A stretch of 63,773 bases of DNA, filler included, from Sphacelaria rigidula (Eukaryota): assembly GCA_964200075.2 (NCBI GenBank). It is 10 parts of 10 records of this genome, joined end to end, with 100 filler letters (N's around TTAATTAATTAA, not from the genome) between each part and the next. Parts side by side here need not be neighbours in the genome. Positions count along the whole stretch, not along the records: positions 44,713 to 50,999 come from CAXNAA020021004.1; positions 51,100 to 57,386 come from CAXNAA020021005.1; positions 57,487 to 63,773 come from CAXNAA020021006.1; 7 more parts are not named here. One strand, given 5' to 3'. How positions within the stretch are numbered: the first letter of the stretch is position 1; every line of letters starts with the position of its first letter. The notes under the pieces are model-generated. The model did not search any database, had not been told where the DNA came from, and was given only the letters and a program-made list of their open reading frames with translations. The translations under genes and the position numbers were made by a program. Shown piece by piece: positions 48,048-59,716 of this stretch.

Positions 48048-49904
48048 TTTACTTCGTACCCACAACTCATTACGACGTCTTTTTGCTCGGACTTTGCCAC
48101 TGCAATAATGGGCTCGTTGCTGGGTGTCCTGACTGGGTTGCTACAGTAACTTGCGTTGTGCTCTGGCAGCGAGCCCAGTGAACTAGAGGAAGCGCGAAAG
48201 GGTTTTGCTGAATCCCACGTTTCGTTGTATGTATGCATGCGGCAGTGTCAGTTGAGCGTATAGTTGGCTTGACGATATCAGTAAGCACATCTTTCCCGGT
48301 TTCCATTTGTGTGTTGGGGTTTGTTGCTTGTGGGCTACTGGGCTGTTTATTTCAAAAAAAAAATTTGCTACTTGTCGACTAGCTCATTTTTGTGGATGAT
48401 TGTGGATATTTGTGGAAAAAACAGTCCTAAATACGAGAATGTGTGTCGTGTGTCTTTCGTGGTGAAGTTATCGTAGCTACTATAGTTAGATCAACGTATT
48501 TGCATTGTCGCATGCTGTTGATGACTTAATTTCCCGTATGTGAACATAGATTTTTCCTCTAGGTGGTACAACGTCAACATGTTCAGTTCTTCGTTAGCCA
48601 GCGGAGTTCGCAGTTTTTTTGTTTCGCTGATGTGTAGAGACGGTCGGGGGTGAGCTGCGTGATATGATGCGGAAAAGGATGTACATCGTTACCCCAAACA
48701 GCGCGTGAACTTGCAGATCCTCGTTACCCCTGTTGAGGCAAAATGATGCAGCCCTCTTTCACAGTACCCTGCCTTATGTATGTCTGGCTATTCAGGACGC
48801 CATGCCCTGATGTATACTGCGACTGCTTTGAAACATATGGGCTTCGGAGAGCGCGACGCATGGTCCATCTGGCTTCAAACACGCCAAACGCGGTGGAATG
48901 ATGCTGATTCGACGGAGACAGATGGATTTTCACGGCGCTATGAGTTCCCAATACTCCATGGTCCCAGAATATCGATTGCCGAAACAAATCAAAACTCCGG
49001 AATTCCATCGCTCCGATAGGGGATTGGGTTCGCCAGCGAAAATAGAAGAAGTGTCGTCTTATTGACATGTGTCCCCCCTTGTTCAATTGACCCTTGAAAG
49101 CTGATCTCGCTCGCCTACCATGATCTCGCGCCACTCGATGCATCTCCGGATCGGCAACATGATTTCGTGAGCTTTCCTATGTTTTTTTAGAAGCTATCGT
49201 CTTCTGCGGTATGCGAAAATAGACGCTGCACCTTCAGACGGCAGGCGACAGAGAAACCACCGAGCCTATCTTCATGGCGTAAAATACAAATGCATCGGCC
49301 CGTCCGACGTTTCGCCTAGGTCCGACTCTCGCCATTTCTTCACTTTTTTTTTCTTGTCACCTCTGCACACGTGGACAAATAGCACCCTGTGGGGCACGTC
49401 TACATGGTTAAGGAAACTGTCCAGTGTTTCCCGGGGGGATTTGAGGGTAGAGCATTATTTTGTGCCACACAGGGCGCTTCACAGGGTTTCGTCACTCCGT
49501 GTAGAATTCATCGCTGTTAATATGCTGTGCAGCCTTTATAGCACGCATACAATATACTCTATACAGCATAGGCATGGTACTGGCAGACAAAAACGGTCGA
49601 GATGTAGCAGGAATGAGAATTGAACTCACGTTTGTTGTGCACGGAAGTACGTCAGGTTGCCCAATGAGCCACCTGAGTTGTTGCATACCACGCCATTATT
49701 TTGTGCTTCTACTAACTATCAAACGAAAAACTTTCTCAACAAGAGCATACTCGGTTGAGTGATTTTGGTAGACTGTGGACCACGAGATCTTCAAAAGCAA
49801 TGTGCAGTGATATGCGAGGTATACATCACCACCCCAGTATCCACGTCTTGAGCGGAAGGTGCGTACCTAAACTCGTAGGCGTGTGGACATACACTCGATT
49901 GTAA

Positions 49905-50730
49905 TCAGTGTGTCGGATCTCCATTCAGCAAAAGCTGTTGAGAAAAATTCATCATTTAGCCCATGTGCATGGATCGGGGGGCAAAAGGATGAATTATTTT
50001 CAACATGTTTTTCTGCTTGTCGGATCCCATATGCTGATAACGGTGCAGTATGCGGGATATGCCCAGCTGACGCTGTTCGTAATAAATATATTTTCCCTCA
50101 TTCTCCGGATGAAAAGGAGGGCAAAGTGAAGATTTATTTCGAGCTTCATTTTTTGCTGTTCAAATTCCAAATCTGCGAGTGCGCATGGGATTTGCTCAGC
50201 AGAAGAAGCTGTACGAAGTAGATCCTTTTCTCGCCCATTTATATTGGGCGAAAAGATTATATGTTTCGTACAGCTTCCTCTGCTGTTCGAAATATATCAT
50301 TTTTTTGCCCAAATATATTGGGGGAAAAAGGATCTGTTTTGAATAGCTTCTCCTGCTGTCCGAGATAAATTCTTTCTTGCCCGATTTGTCCCCCAATCTC
50401 CGGATGAAAAGGAGGGCAAAGTGAAGATTCATTTCGAGCTTCTTTTGCTGTTCAAATTCCAAATCTGCGAGTGTGCATGGGATTTGCGCAGCAGAAGAAG
50501 CTGTTCGAAGTAAATCCTTTTCTCGCCCATTTATATTGGGCGAAAAAATGATCTATTTCGTACAGCTTCCTCTGCTGTTCGAAATATATCCTTTTTTTGC
50601 CCAAATATATTGGGGGAAAAAAGGATCTGTTTTGAATAGCTTCTCCTGCTGTCCGAGACAATTTTTTTCTTGATTCAAATCGAGCAACAAAGATTTTCTC
50701 TTGGACAGCAGGAGGAGCTATTTCAAAAAA
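49905..50730. repeat. Array of palindromic modules including a ~295-bp tandem duplication
   Basis: 50102-50396 is repeated at 50397-50670; each copy contains stacked hairpins. Confidence 0.85.
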
Positions 50731-50999
50731 CTAAACTCACAGATTTTGTACCAAAATAAATTGGAATTTTCCTAATTTGGAAAGCCTCTGCACAGGTTTC
50801 CTTGCAGGGTTTCGACAAAAACGCTATGCAAAATGCTATTACAGGTACTAGGGTATGCGAATGCTACACAGGAGTTTTCACAAAGACTGTTGAGAACCCT
50901 GTGCAGCTCGTCCTACAGGGTGCTATTTGTCCACAACAGTAGTGTCGTGAGATTGAGAGTCTACGATACGATTGAGAGTAGGCTTTTCATTCGATTCAG

Positions 51000-51099
51000 N
51001 NNNNNNNNNNNNNNNNNNNNNNNNNNNNNNNNNNNNNNNNNNNTTAATTAATTAANNNNNNNNNNNNNNNNNNNNNNNNNNNNNNNNNNNNNNNNNNNN
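51000..51099. other. Artificial contig linker
   Basis: Same 100-nt linker. Confidence 0.99.
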
Positions 51100-51568
51100 A
51101 ACCCAACTAGCCTCCTAGCACTCCAGCGTATCGCAAGCATGGACGAAAAGCTACGCAGTGGCGCAGTGGCATCCAGCATATATGGAACAACGACGGAAGT
51201 AACGGTAGGGTTCTCTATATGAATTCTGGATCCATGTCGTTCTCTTCCAGTGACGTTAGGCATATTTTACCCGACGAGCCTGAATAAGCCCCAAAAGCCG
51301 ATCTGTTCGTGTCTTTTCGTGCTTGGTCGGTGACACTTTTTTTGCCCAGTTTGGGGGATCAGGCGCGCCCATAACAGTCAATGCAGCGTCTTTCCTTGGG
51401 CCGCCGCCATCAGCCGGCCCAACTGTGCCTTAGCGCTCGAGGCCGAGGCCGGGGAAAAAGCGAAAACAAATAAATAAGAAAAAAACACCGGCGAAGACAA
51501 TGACAAAGACAAAACCAAGCGGGAAGGGAAAGAACGGAAAGGAACGGGAAAGAAGTGGGGTCTTATAT

Positions 51569-51701
51569 ATGTTACGTCCCGGCGTAGTGCGCATGGGTCG
51601 ATCATGACCAATAACCAAACACGAAAGCGGTACAGTATCCTATTTATGTTATGTTCCGGCGTAGTGCGCATGGGTCGATCATGACCGATGACCAAACACG
51701 A
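51569..51701. repeat. 77-bp-period tandem duplication
   Basis: ATGTTA.GT.CCGGCGTAGTGCGCATGGGTCGATCATGACC.AT.ACCAAACACGA at 51569 and 51646. Confidence 0.85.
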
Positions 51702-52083
51702 GAGCGATATAGTAAGAGATACGGTGGGCATGGGCAAACATGCATAGAACAAGCTCTTTAACAAGGCTTGTGCTTTGTAGGGTATACCCGGAGGTTGGGG
51801 CGTTTTGGTCGACATACTAAACCATATCCGAAAGTTTATCAAACATTCCAGTATGGTTGGGCGAGGTTTCGAGCCTCACTCCGAACACTCCGATAGGGTC
51901 CGGAAGGACATTTACCGATAATATTCCTCTTTTGTTGCTTTTGTAAATACTGCATGCATAATTTCAGCTGGTATACCCTACAGAGCTCAACCTTGTTTTT
52001 TTGTACTGATACAATGTAGGAGAAACTGTTGCTACTTCCAGGGCATATATCGTTACACGTCACAAGGCATCGTTACACGTCAC

Positions 52084-52144
52084 AAGTTAGGCGGCGTCGG
52101 ACCAGGCTAGTACTACGGTGGGGGACGGGAAGGGAAGCCCTGGT
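52084..52144 (+). pseudogene. 5S rRNA 3'-half fragment (internal control region)
   Basis: AAGTTAGGCGGCGTCGGACCAGGCTAGTACTACGGTGGGGGAC...GGGAAGCCCTGGT follows the eukaryotic 5S pattern AAGTTAAGC...GGCC...TAGTACT..GGTGGG.GACC...TGGGAA..CC.GGTGCTGT. Confidence 0.85.
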
Positions 52145-52160
52145 TTGACTTGACTTTGAA

Positions 52161-52219
52161 GAAACAGCGCCGGGGCTCCCCACGTGGTCCCCCACCATAG
52201 AACTAGCCTGGCCCGACGC
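52161..52219 (-). pseudogene. 5S rRNA 3'-half fragment, inverted
   Basis: Reverse complement GCGTCGGGCCAGGCTAGTTCTATGGTGGGGGACCACGTGGGGAGCCCCGGCGCTGTTTC reaches the 5S 3' end. Confidence 0.85.
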
Positions 52220-53051
52220 TTCAGGTGTGACGTGTAACGATAACTTGTGACGTGTAACGATAACTTGTGACGTGTAACGATAAGGGCCCTGATCCTTTTA
52301 TACGGTACTTACTTTGCCCGTACCCACCGGGTGCGGGAGACTGGTGACGTTGGGGCTTCGCTCGCCTTGTTTTCCGCTTTTCGGCGGAAAAACCAAGAGA
52401 GATCTGAATACTTAATTGTTCGTTTTCGGATAGGATAGGTAGGGGTGTTTTTTGGACAATGATAGTGGCGGCTTGAGGTGGAGTCATTTGTTTTGGTGAA
52501 AGGGAACACAAAGTGTAAGACGAACGTGAAACCGCTAGATGGATGGATGAGATGCCTTCAAAATCAGCATTTTTTTTGTTTTTGTCAAATTCGTCACGTC
52601 ACTCATTCCTTACAGTCTGGCGGCTATCGAACAAGGCATCGAAAATCTCGATTTTTTCCGAGGTGCGGGACCCGATTTTTGAACTCACTGTTTCGCACTG
52701 GATTGAGAAGCTCACACGAAAACGTCAATCATTGGTTATTTTTGTAAGGCAAACTAACTTTTGAGCTCCTCTGCTCGGTCTGTCCTTTGAATCTTCTAGC
52801 GTTTTTACACTGATGACTTGCGCTTGATTCTGTTGGTGTCGTTGTCCATGCTACTGTTTACTCCTATCATTTTCTATTTCTCGTTTGTTGTGAAATTTTC
52901 CCTTTTCTTTATTTATTCAACCTCCTTCTCTTCTTTTCTTTTTGTAATTTTGTTTTTCTCTTCTTTGTTCTATTTCTTATCTCTCATTTTTTTTCTCTCT
53001 TTTTTTTTGTGTTTATTTCCTGTGTTTTTGGGGTGGCATGGGGGATTACAG

Positions 53052-54937
53052 GTCATTGGAAGGCATTTCTGTGCGAGGGATGCTGGTAAACCTGTTCTTC
53101 CAAGTGGTCATATTCCTGTACCTCATGGACAACGACACCACTTCCATGGTGCTCATGACCAACGCGATAGGGCTAGCGATTGAGGTAACACTAGCAGGGT
53201 TCCCCACCGAATGAAATGCGCCGCGCCCAGCTGAACACCGGCGAACCCCCTACATGCCTTGCGCATCATGTCACGCAACGTTACGTGCTGTACGGTCGAC
53301 TGCGGAGTTTATCACCCGGGGCGATGAAACACCCCAAGCTCGACCATACGTATATTACCAAATTTTTACGATTTTTGAGGCCTGATTCACCCGAAAGAGC
53401 GAACAGAATGGTCACAGGACAATACATTCCGCAAGTATTTTCTTACGTACCTGGCGTGTGCGCGTACCTGGGGTGCAGTACAGCACTGAAAACAGAGCAC
53501 AAAGAATGATTCCTACGGCACGCATCAATTATAAAAAAAGGCGAGTAATATTCACACGAATCATTATTATTCCTACCCTTGTATCTATAAATTATTTCCA
53601 GTGCCGTTCCTTCCCCCGAAATAATCATGTGCTCCAGTTCTGAGAAATCCATCAGCGTATCTCTCTCTCTCGATATGCGCCTGACATTTTGGTACCGGGA
53701 TCGCGGATTTGGACCATGACCAGCACTCTCGTACCGCGTGCTGAATAAGCCACATCACAGAAACAAAGTAGTATGGCCGAGCACACAGAAATCCCCTCAC
53801 CGCACGTGGAAGGGTTGAGGTGCGATACGGTATTGACGCGATTCACCGCCAGTTGGAAGCGGTCGCGGGTCTGAAGGAAAACACGCCTTGGGCATAATAG
53901 TAGTCCTTGGAAGTTGCAAACAATCAACCATATGTTGTCAATTAAAAAGCACCTCGAATATATGTGATACACGTTGATATTTTGCTGTTCTCTTTTTTAG
54001 TCTGGCTTTTTTTTTCTGTATCGCTGCTCTGCTGGTTTTGCTGATCCGTCGGATTACAGTCGCTGGTCGCCCGATAAACGATCACTTTTGGGTCCAGCAT
54101 TGTCGGCAGAAGTCGAGACAACACTTGAATACGTGAAGGAGAGTGGTGATTTTCGTGTTACACGTGATTTTGGTGGTTGTTGCTGGTGCTATAGTTTCAA
54201 ACTGAAGTTGGTGATCGCGAACGGTTTAATCAGCGAATAAAACAACAGCTCGGACTCTTGTTCGCGGTCAGTGAAAATGAATATATCGTTCATGTGTTCT
54301 TATTTTTTATTTTGAAGAAATAAACACAAACACGCCTTCCTGCAGTGTCGCGCACAGGCGAGATTTGCTTGTGGTAATGATATCGGTGGTGGTGATTGCA
54401 GCGTGTGTTTTCCCGCTGTCGAAGGGTCTTGGAGCGCTTCTCCCAGGGATCACACCGCTCGCCCGCCCACCCCTCCTTTCCCCCACCACCGATATTGTTG
54501 GGAAAAATACGGATATCACGTACTTCCAAGTCAGATACAAATTCATTACGAAACTTGTTTTCATTCTGAAGCTTCACGTAGGACACATGTGATTATGGTG
54601 TGATATGGTGGATTACAAAATAACATGCGTAGCACTCTTCTCTTCCGACCTGTGCTTTTCCCGATTTTGCGGTTTTGTGTTTGTGGCCTCCTGTGGCAAC
54701 CCACCAGGACATCCTGCGTTCAATCTTGCACTTTGTGTTGTGTTACATTATTCATTTTAACTCGTGTGCGCGTGTGAATATATTTTGTGATTTCCTCGAC
54801 ATTTATTTTTCTCTTTTGTTCAGGTATGGAAGATAGGACGGTTTATTGCTGGAAAATTAGACTGGGGGGGACAAGACGGGCAGCCAGTCCGCATCATCCC
54901 CAAGCTTACGTTCCGAGCTCGAGAGGTCTACCGCAAG
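53052..54937 (+). CDS. CLPTM1: CLPTM1-family membrane protein, two internal exons (53052-53184, 54824-54937)
   Basis: Spliced SLEGISVRGMLVNLFFQVVIFLYLMDNDTTSMVLMTNAIGLAIE-VWKIGRFIAGKLDWGGQDGQPVRIIPKLTFRAREVYRK matches CLPTM1 SLEGLSVR....FQ..V.LY.LDNET.......IG..I+.WKI...P+L+F. Canonical AG/GT, phase 0. This frame is not in the ORF track. Confidence 0.9.
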
Positions 54938-57266
54938 GTGACGGACACGTTAGATGTGGGACGGGGGGGACGGAGGGACGCGAGAAGAAACGAACGCAAG
55001 CAAGAATAAACTAGAGGAAAGAGAACAAGAGAGGCGGGCGTGCAGTTTTGAATTTTGTTTGCGTTATGATTTTATCGCGTAGTTTTCATCTTCTGTTAAC
55101 TTTCATGAACAAGTGGGTGCCATTTTGTTGTATTCTTCCTTTGAAAATATACTGTAACGCCTCATTCGTTTAGGGCCGCAGAAGGGTCAGAACAGTAACA
55201 TCATTGTCAGGTGAGCTGCGGGTATTTGCTGGTCGTATCCGGATTCACCGTGTGTAGGGTCTATCCGTTGCCTTCATTCTCATTATCTACAAACGGCTCT
55301 AGTTTAATCGCACCAGCTTTCGGAGACGGCTATGGGCGTTACCACATAACGAGAATGCACCGCTCCGGTATCCCCCGCCGTTCCCCTCGCACACTTTGGA
55401 GTATGACCCTTCCGGCATCATGAACTCAGTTTTTATTTTCTTCTCGTCACTCATTTGTTCAATTCCTCGCCTTCCTCGGAACGAAAAATCTGTGGTCACC
55501 AGGGATGTACTGTACACACCTCTCCCCCGGTGCATGCACGCCTCATGTTTTGGTAATAGCGGGTCGGATCACCATTCTCGCTACAGCGTGGACTCTCTTC
55601 AAGTGCATATTTTTTATAAACACGTGCGTTCTCGCGTTTCCAAGGGCGGAAATTATATACTTCTCTAGGATTTTTTCCTTTCTCATATGCATCATCTGCC
55701 GGGAAACGCACCCGCATTTTCCGATGTATCGGCTTTCGGTTGTACCTGTTGTACCCCCCGGGGCGCAGATTGACCAACTACATAGATCTTAGAGAGGATT
55801 TTCTTATCTGGCTGTTGATGATGCGTGATTATTTGGTTGGCCTTACCGATCCTGTAGAAGGCATCGCACCCTGAAGAATAGCAATATTGTACATCACATT
55901 GTCAGAGAGATATAATGCGTACAGTGCGGAATCTTGTGTCTTTTGCAATAGACGCAATGGTTGATACTGTACGCAGTACAATTTTCGACTATTTAATCCA
56001 TAATCTAGGTTGTGGAACGCTTAGGGGATGTTCCTTTTTATTGAGGGGGATCTGCGTGATTTCGCCAGGGCTGCCGGATCACGAGAATGGTCCGATGCTG
56101 ATTTTGACCAGGATTAGTACAATCAGTGCGTTCCCCTGTGTACCCCTGGAGCACCATGTTCCGAACAGGCAGTTGTTGGCTTTCATTTTGTTTTTTTTCC
56201 AAGGTGATGACCTGATGCATTATGAGGGAGCTGTTCTGCCGCACCGTTCGCAATTCGTTCACCGAGCATTGATGTCACCCGACACTCGTAAGGTACAGTA
56301 ACATACCCCGGGTATCGCAGCATACAACCCGGCAGGGATGATACGAAAGCACAACCCCGGTTTTTGTCTATGAGCAAGGCCCCACTGTGTCATAATATCC
56401 CCTGGCCAGATGGACTTTGAGGATATATTTCTAAGGCGCGTTGGTGGCGTGGCCGCCGAATCTCACTAGAAAATGGAGGGTGTTACACTCCGTGCAACAC
56501 TGGTATCCAACCCGTGTTTTCCCTTCCTGCTGCTCTGGCGCTATTGCTTAGCGTTGGAGTCGTGTGTCCGTCGAATCGCGGCTCTTTCACAGAGTTAGCG
56601 CGACAATAGCGTTTACCCTCAACTCTAGTTCGTGTGTGGCTTCTATTTTCATTAGTATGGAGTACCCAGTGGCGCCTTGGGAAGAAAGGAAAACATGATG
56701 CCCAATTTTCATCGCGGAAGAAGCATACAGGTAGAAACAATCGTCACGATATGATGAACTTTATTTTCGCTCAGTTTCTCCCCCCCTCTTTTGTCGCTGT
56801 TTTCATGACTCCTAGTGGGTACATGACGGCACTCTGGCCCTTCTCTCTTCCCCACGTGTGTCCTTAGGTGTAGGGAAATAGTGCGGTTGGAGTCCCACGA
56901 GTGTACGATTGATTGCCTAGCTCGTAAGACCGCATCGGGATCTCGCACTATTCTCGTACTCAAGAACTATTTTAATGACCGTATAGCGACTCGAACTTGT
57001 GACGAGAAATTTATTTTGGTCGAACTGTAGTAAGACTCCCACGGTACTGCAGTAGTACTGCTGAATACAGGACCTTGAGTCAAGAACATCTCGTTCAAAT
57101 GGACAATATCATTCATTCTCCAGCCAGGCATGACTCCAGACGTTATATTCTGACCCCTGGGCATACGGCGCTTCTTACCCGAAAGTTTGTCATGAAATCC
57201 ATATTTTGGGCGACTTGCTTGTGAAAAAGAAAAACGCCCCCCTCCCCCTGTCGGGAAGGGATGAAT

Positions 57267-57324
57267 GGCCAATGGTCACGTGACTAAAGCAAGCAATGAA
57301 TGAGTACGCTCCCCCCCCCCCCCC
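57267..57324 (-). repeat. Head of the poly-G/CGTACTCATT repeat family
   Basis: Reverse complement reads (G)n AGCGTACTCATTCATTGCTTGCTTTAGTCACGTGACCATTGGCC. Confidence 0.8.
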
Positions 57325-57386
57325 ATAGCCCGGGCCGGCGAGGAACAGGAGGGGCCCCCTCTACCCGCGGCAACCAGTTTGCCCCA

Positions 57387-57486
57387 NNNNNNNNNNNNNN
57401 NNNNNNNNNNNNNNNNNNNNNNNNNNNNNNTTAATTAATTAANNNNNNNNNNNNNNNNNNNNNNNNNNNNNNNNNNNNNNNNNNNN
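57387..57486. other. Artificial contig linker
   Basis: Same 100-nt linker. Confidence 0.99.
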
Positions 57487-58987
57487 TGTCCATCTTCTTC
57501 CTCGTCCTTTCGACGACTGGTATATCTCTTTCTTCTTTCTGGCAGGTCTAGCACTTTACATGTAGTAAGGCCCATTGTTATCGTCACTATTTTTTCGGGG
57601 TTCTCCGAAATTGTCGGGATTTGAAAGTGCTGCGTTGCATTCCCGAAGTTTCGAACTTCTTCGAAAACGAAGCTGCAGATAAGGATTAAGCCGCTTCATT
57701 CTCGGAGAGGTTTTAACGCAAAGTCGGAGATCTGAAAAATAAAGGTTGTCGATACTGATAGGCCTGTCTCAGTTGGTGTTACAGTACAGTATGTCATTCT
57801 GGTCATGACTGTACAGTGCGATACATTCGGCATGCGGGTACTGTAATTTTTGAGCGGATTAAAGAAAACAGGACTGCAACCGCGAAATTGGGGGCATAGC
57901 TTCCAAAGCACTGATAGGGCTTAGAGGGTGTGCTTCCAGGCCTTGACCGCCGACACCACGGTGTCAGCCCTGTGTCGTTGTGCTGCCTCCAGCTAGCACC
58001 ATTGCCTACAGGAATCATGTAGGCGGAGATTGAGTTGTCGATGCAAGAATGATGACCAAAAAACGTTTCGCCAGTGGCTGTCGTCCTCTTCTCTACGTCG
58101 TGCGATGCAGTGGCTCCTTAACGACTAAGTGAAGGGGGACCCGGGAGCTCGTCATGAAAAAATGCAAGAATAGTTTTCGCGCCATACAGCAATGTGCCCA
58201 AGTGTGCTTGCTTCCGTATGGCGTGGTTGCAACCCAGAAATGGCTGTGACGGCTGGCTCTCACGCCTTCGCCAAAACGGTACAGTATTGTGTAGTGTATG
58301 TGATGTAGTACGGCACAGCAAAACAGTGTAGTACAGTACATTGTTGTACAGTACAGTGCAGCACATGATAATACGTATCAGTCACAGCAGTGTCACAAGT
58401 GCCATGTTCCACACATGTTGTACTATACATCACTCTGCATGTATTGTTATCAGGCCGTTGTGCGAGCCTACATATAACAGAATACTAATATACTCCCTGG
58501 TCTAATGTGCATACCTTATCCTACCTCCCAAGCTGTTTATCGGACATACCAACTTCGTCGTCTCCGACAGACACTACAAATCTGTCTTCGTGACGCCTGT
58601 ACCAATTTGACACACCCAGCAGGAGACAAGCACCTGGATTTTCGAGGTCTACGGGAACCTCATATTCTACGCCGACGGACACGACTCGCTTGAGGGTTCA
58701 CCGGTGAGATATTGTATCTATCGAAGTTGATTGCTGACAGAGGAGGATAGTGGCGGCCTCTTGAAAATAGCTGAACATGACAGAAGACACGACTACTGCA
58801 CAGCTGGGTAGACCGTAACGACTGAAAACTCCCCAGTGTGTACGGGCTTGTTCACGCTCATCTTCTAGAAATCATTCATCCGAAGATCTCAACCCGTCTT
58901 TTCGGAGTGAGACTTCAAAAAATTGCCCATAAATACTGTGGGTCATGACAAACCTTTGGAGGATCAGCGTCATTCTATTATTGTTTT

Positions 58988-59057
58988 TCGCCGGTTATCT
59001 GGGGTCCCAGGGTCCTGGCGGATCACATGTCCTTCTGGGACCCCAGATAACCGGCGA
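58988..59057. repeat. Perfect 23-bp hairpin, 24-nt loop
   Basis: TCGCCGGTTATCTGGGGTCCCAG / CTGGGACCCCAGATAACCGGCGA. Confidence 0.9.
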
Positions 59058-59269
59058 GAAAGGAATGATCGAAACACCTCACTCTGTGACGATACAAAAA
59101 ATAAAAACCATATCGCAGCAAACATTTATCCATCTATCTATTTATTTATTAAATAACTTCATAGATAAACCTTATAATAATGAATCAATGAATTAATCAA
59201 ATATTGTTCGAGGATGGATGGTTGGATGGTTGGTTGGATTTTGTTTCTTGGACTAGGGATGGACAATAT

Positions 59270-59716
59270 CGTAATGACCCACTGTTGATCCGTACAAATT
59301 CCATACCGGTGATTCCCGCCATAGAGACGGAAGGATGAAGGTCGACTTTCCTCAGGGGTGTCCGTCAGAATCACCCTCCGTGCTTGGTTGTCCGGGTCAT
59401 GAAGAAGCGGATCCAAAAACGATGGAGAAGATGAAGCGCGACCCGTAAGAAGCAGCACAAGCGGGAACGCTGGAAGCAAGGAGTCGTTGCTTTCCCGCTT
59501 GCGTTGCTTCTTACAATCGCGCTTCATCTTCTCCATCGTTTTTTTATCCACTTCTTCATGACCTCAACAAGCAAGCACTGAGAATCATCTAGCATGATGA
59601 GAGCTGTTTCTGCCGGACACCCGCGAGGAGGGTCGACGTCCGTCCGTCCGTTCCCATGGCGAGAATCCCCGGGTTAAACTATCGAAACTCGTACACGTGG
59701 ACAATGAGTTATTACG
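59270..59716. ncRNA. Gene-derived long inverted repeat; candidate hairpin-RNA / proto-miRNA locus
   Basis: Near-perfect core stem 59395-59470 / 59489-59563 with looser outer arms; both arms are homologous to the intron/exon junction at ~62530-62700. The inverted repeat is seen directly; expression is not shown. Confidence 0.5.

Larger units (their letters stand above)
52041..52289. mobile_element. MITE (GGGC...GCCC ends, PIF/Harbinger-like) carrying two inverted 5S rRNA 3' halves
   Basis: Subterminal 20-bp repeats ATCGTTACACGTCACAAG(TT), 2 left and 3 right inverted; inner arms are 5S-derived. TSD not clean (CCA/TGA). Confidence 0.85.

Noticed and set aside
56709..57272. Transposase-like minus-strand fragments
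   Set aside because: No DDE or Cys-rich motif survives full translation.
59159..59551. 130-aa minus-strand ORF
   Set aside because: It runs through both hairpin arms and a microsatellite repeat; explained by the inverted duplication.
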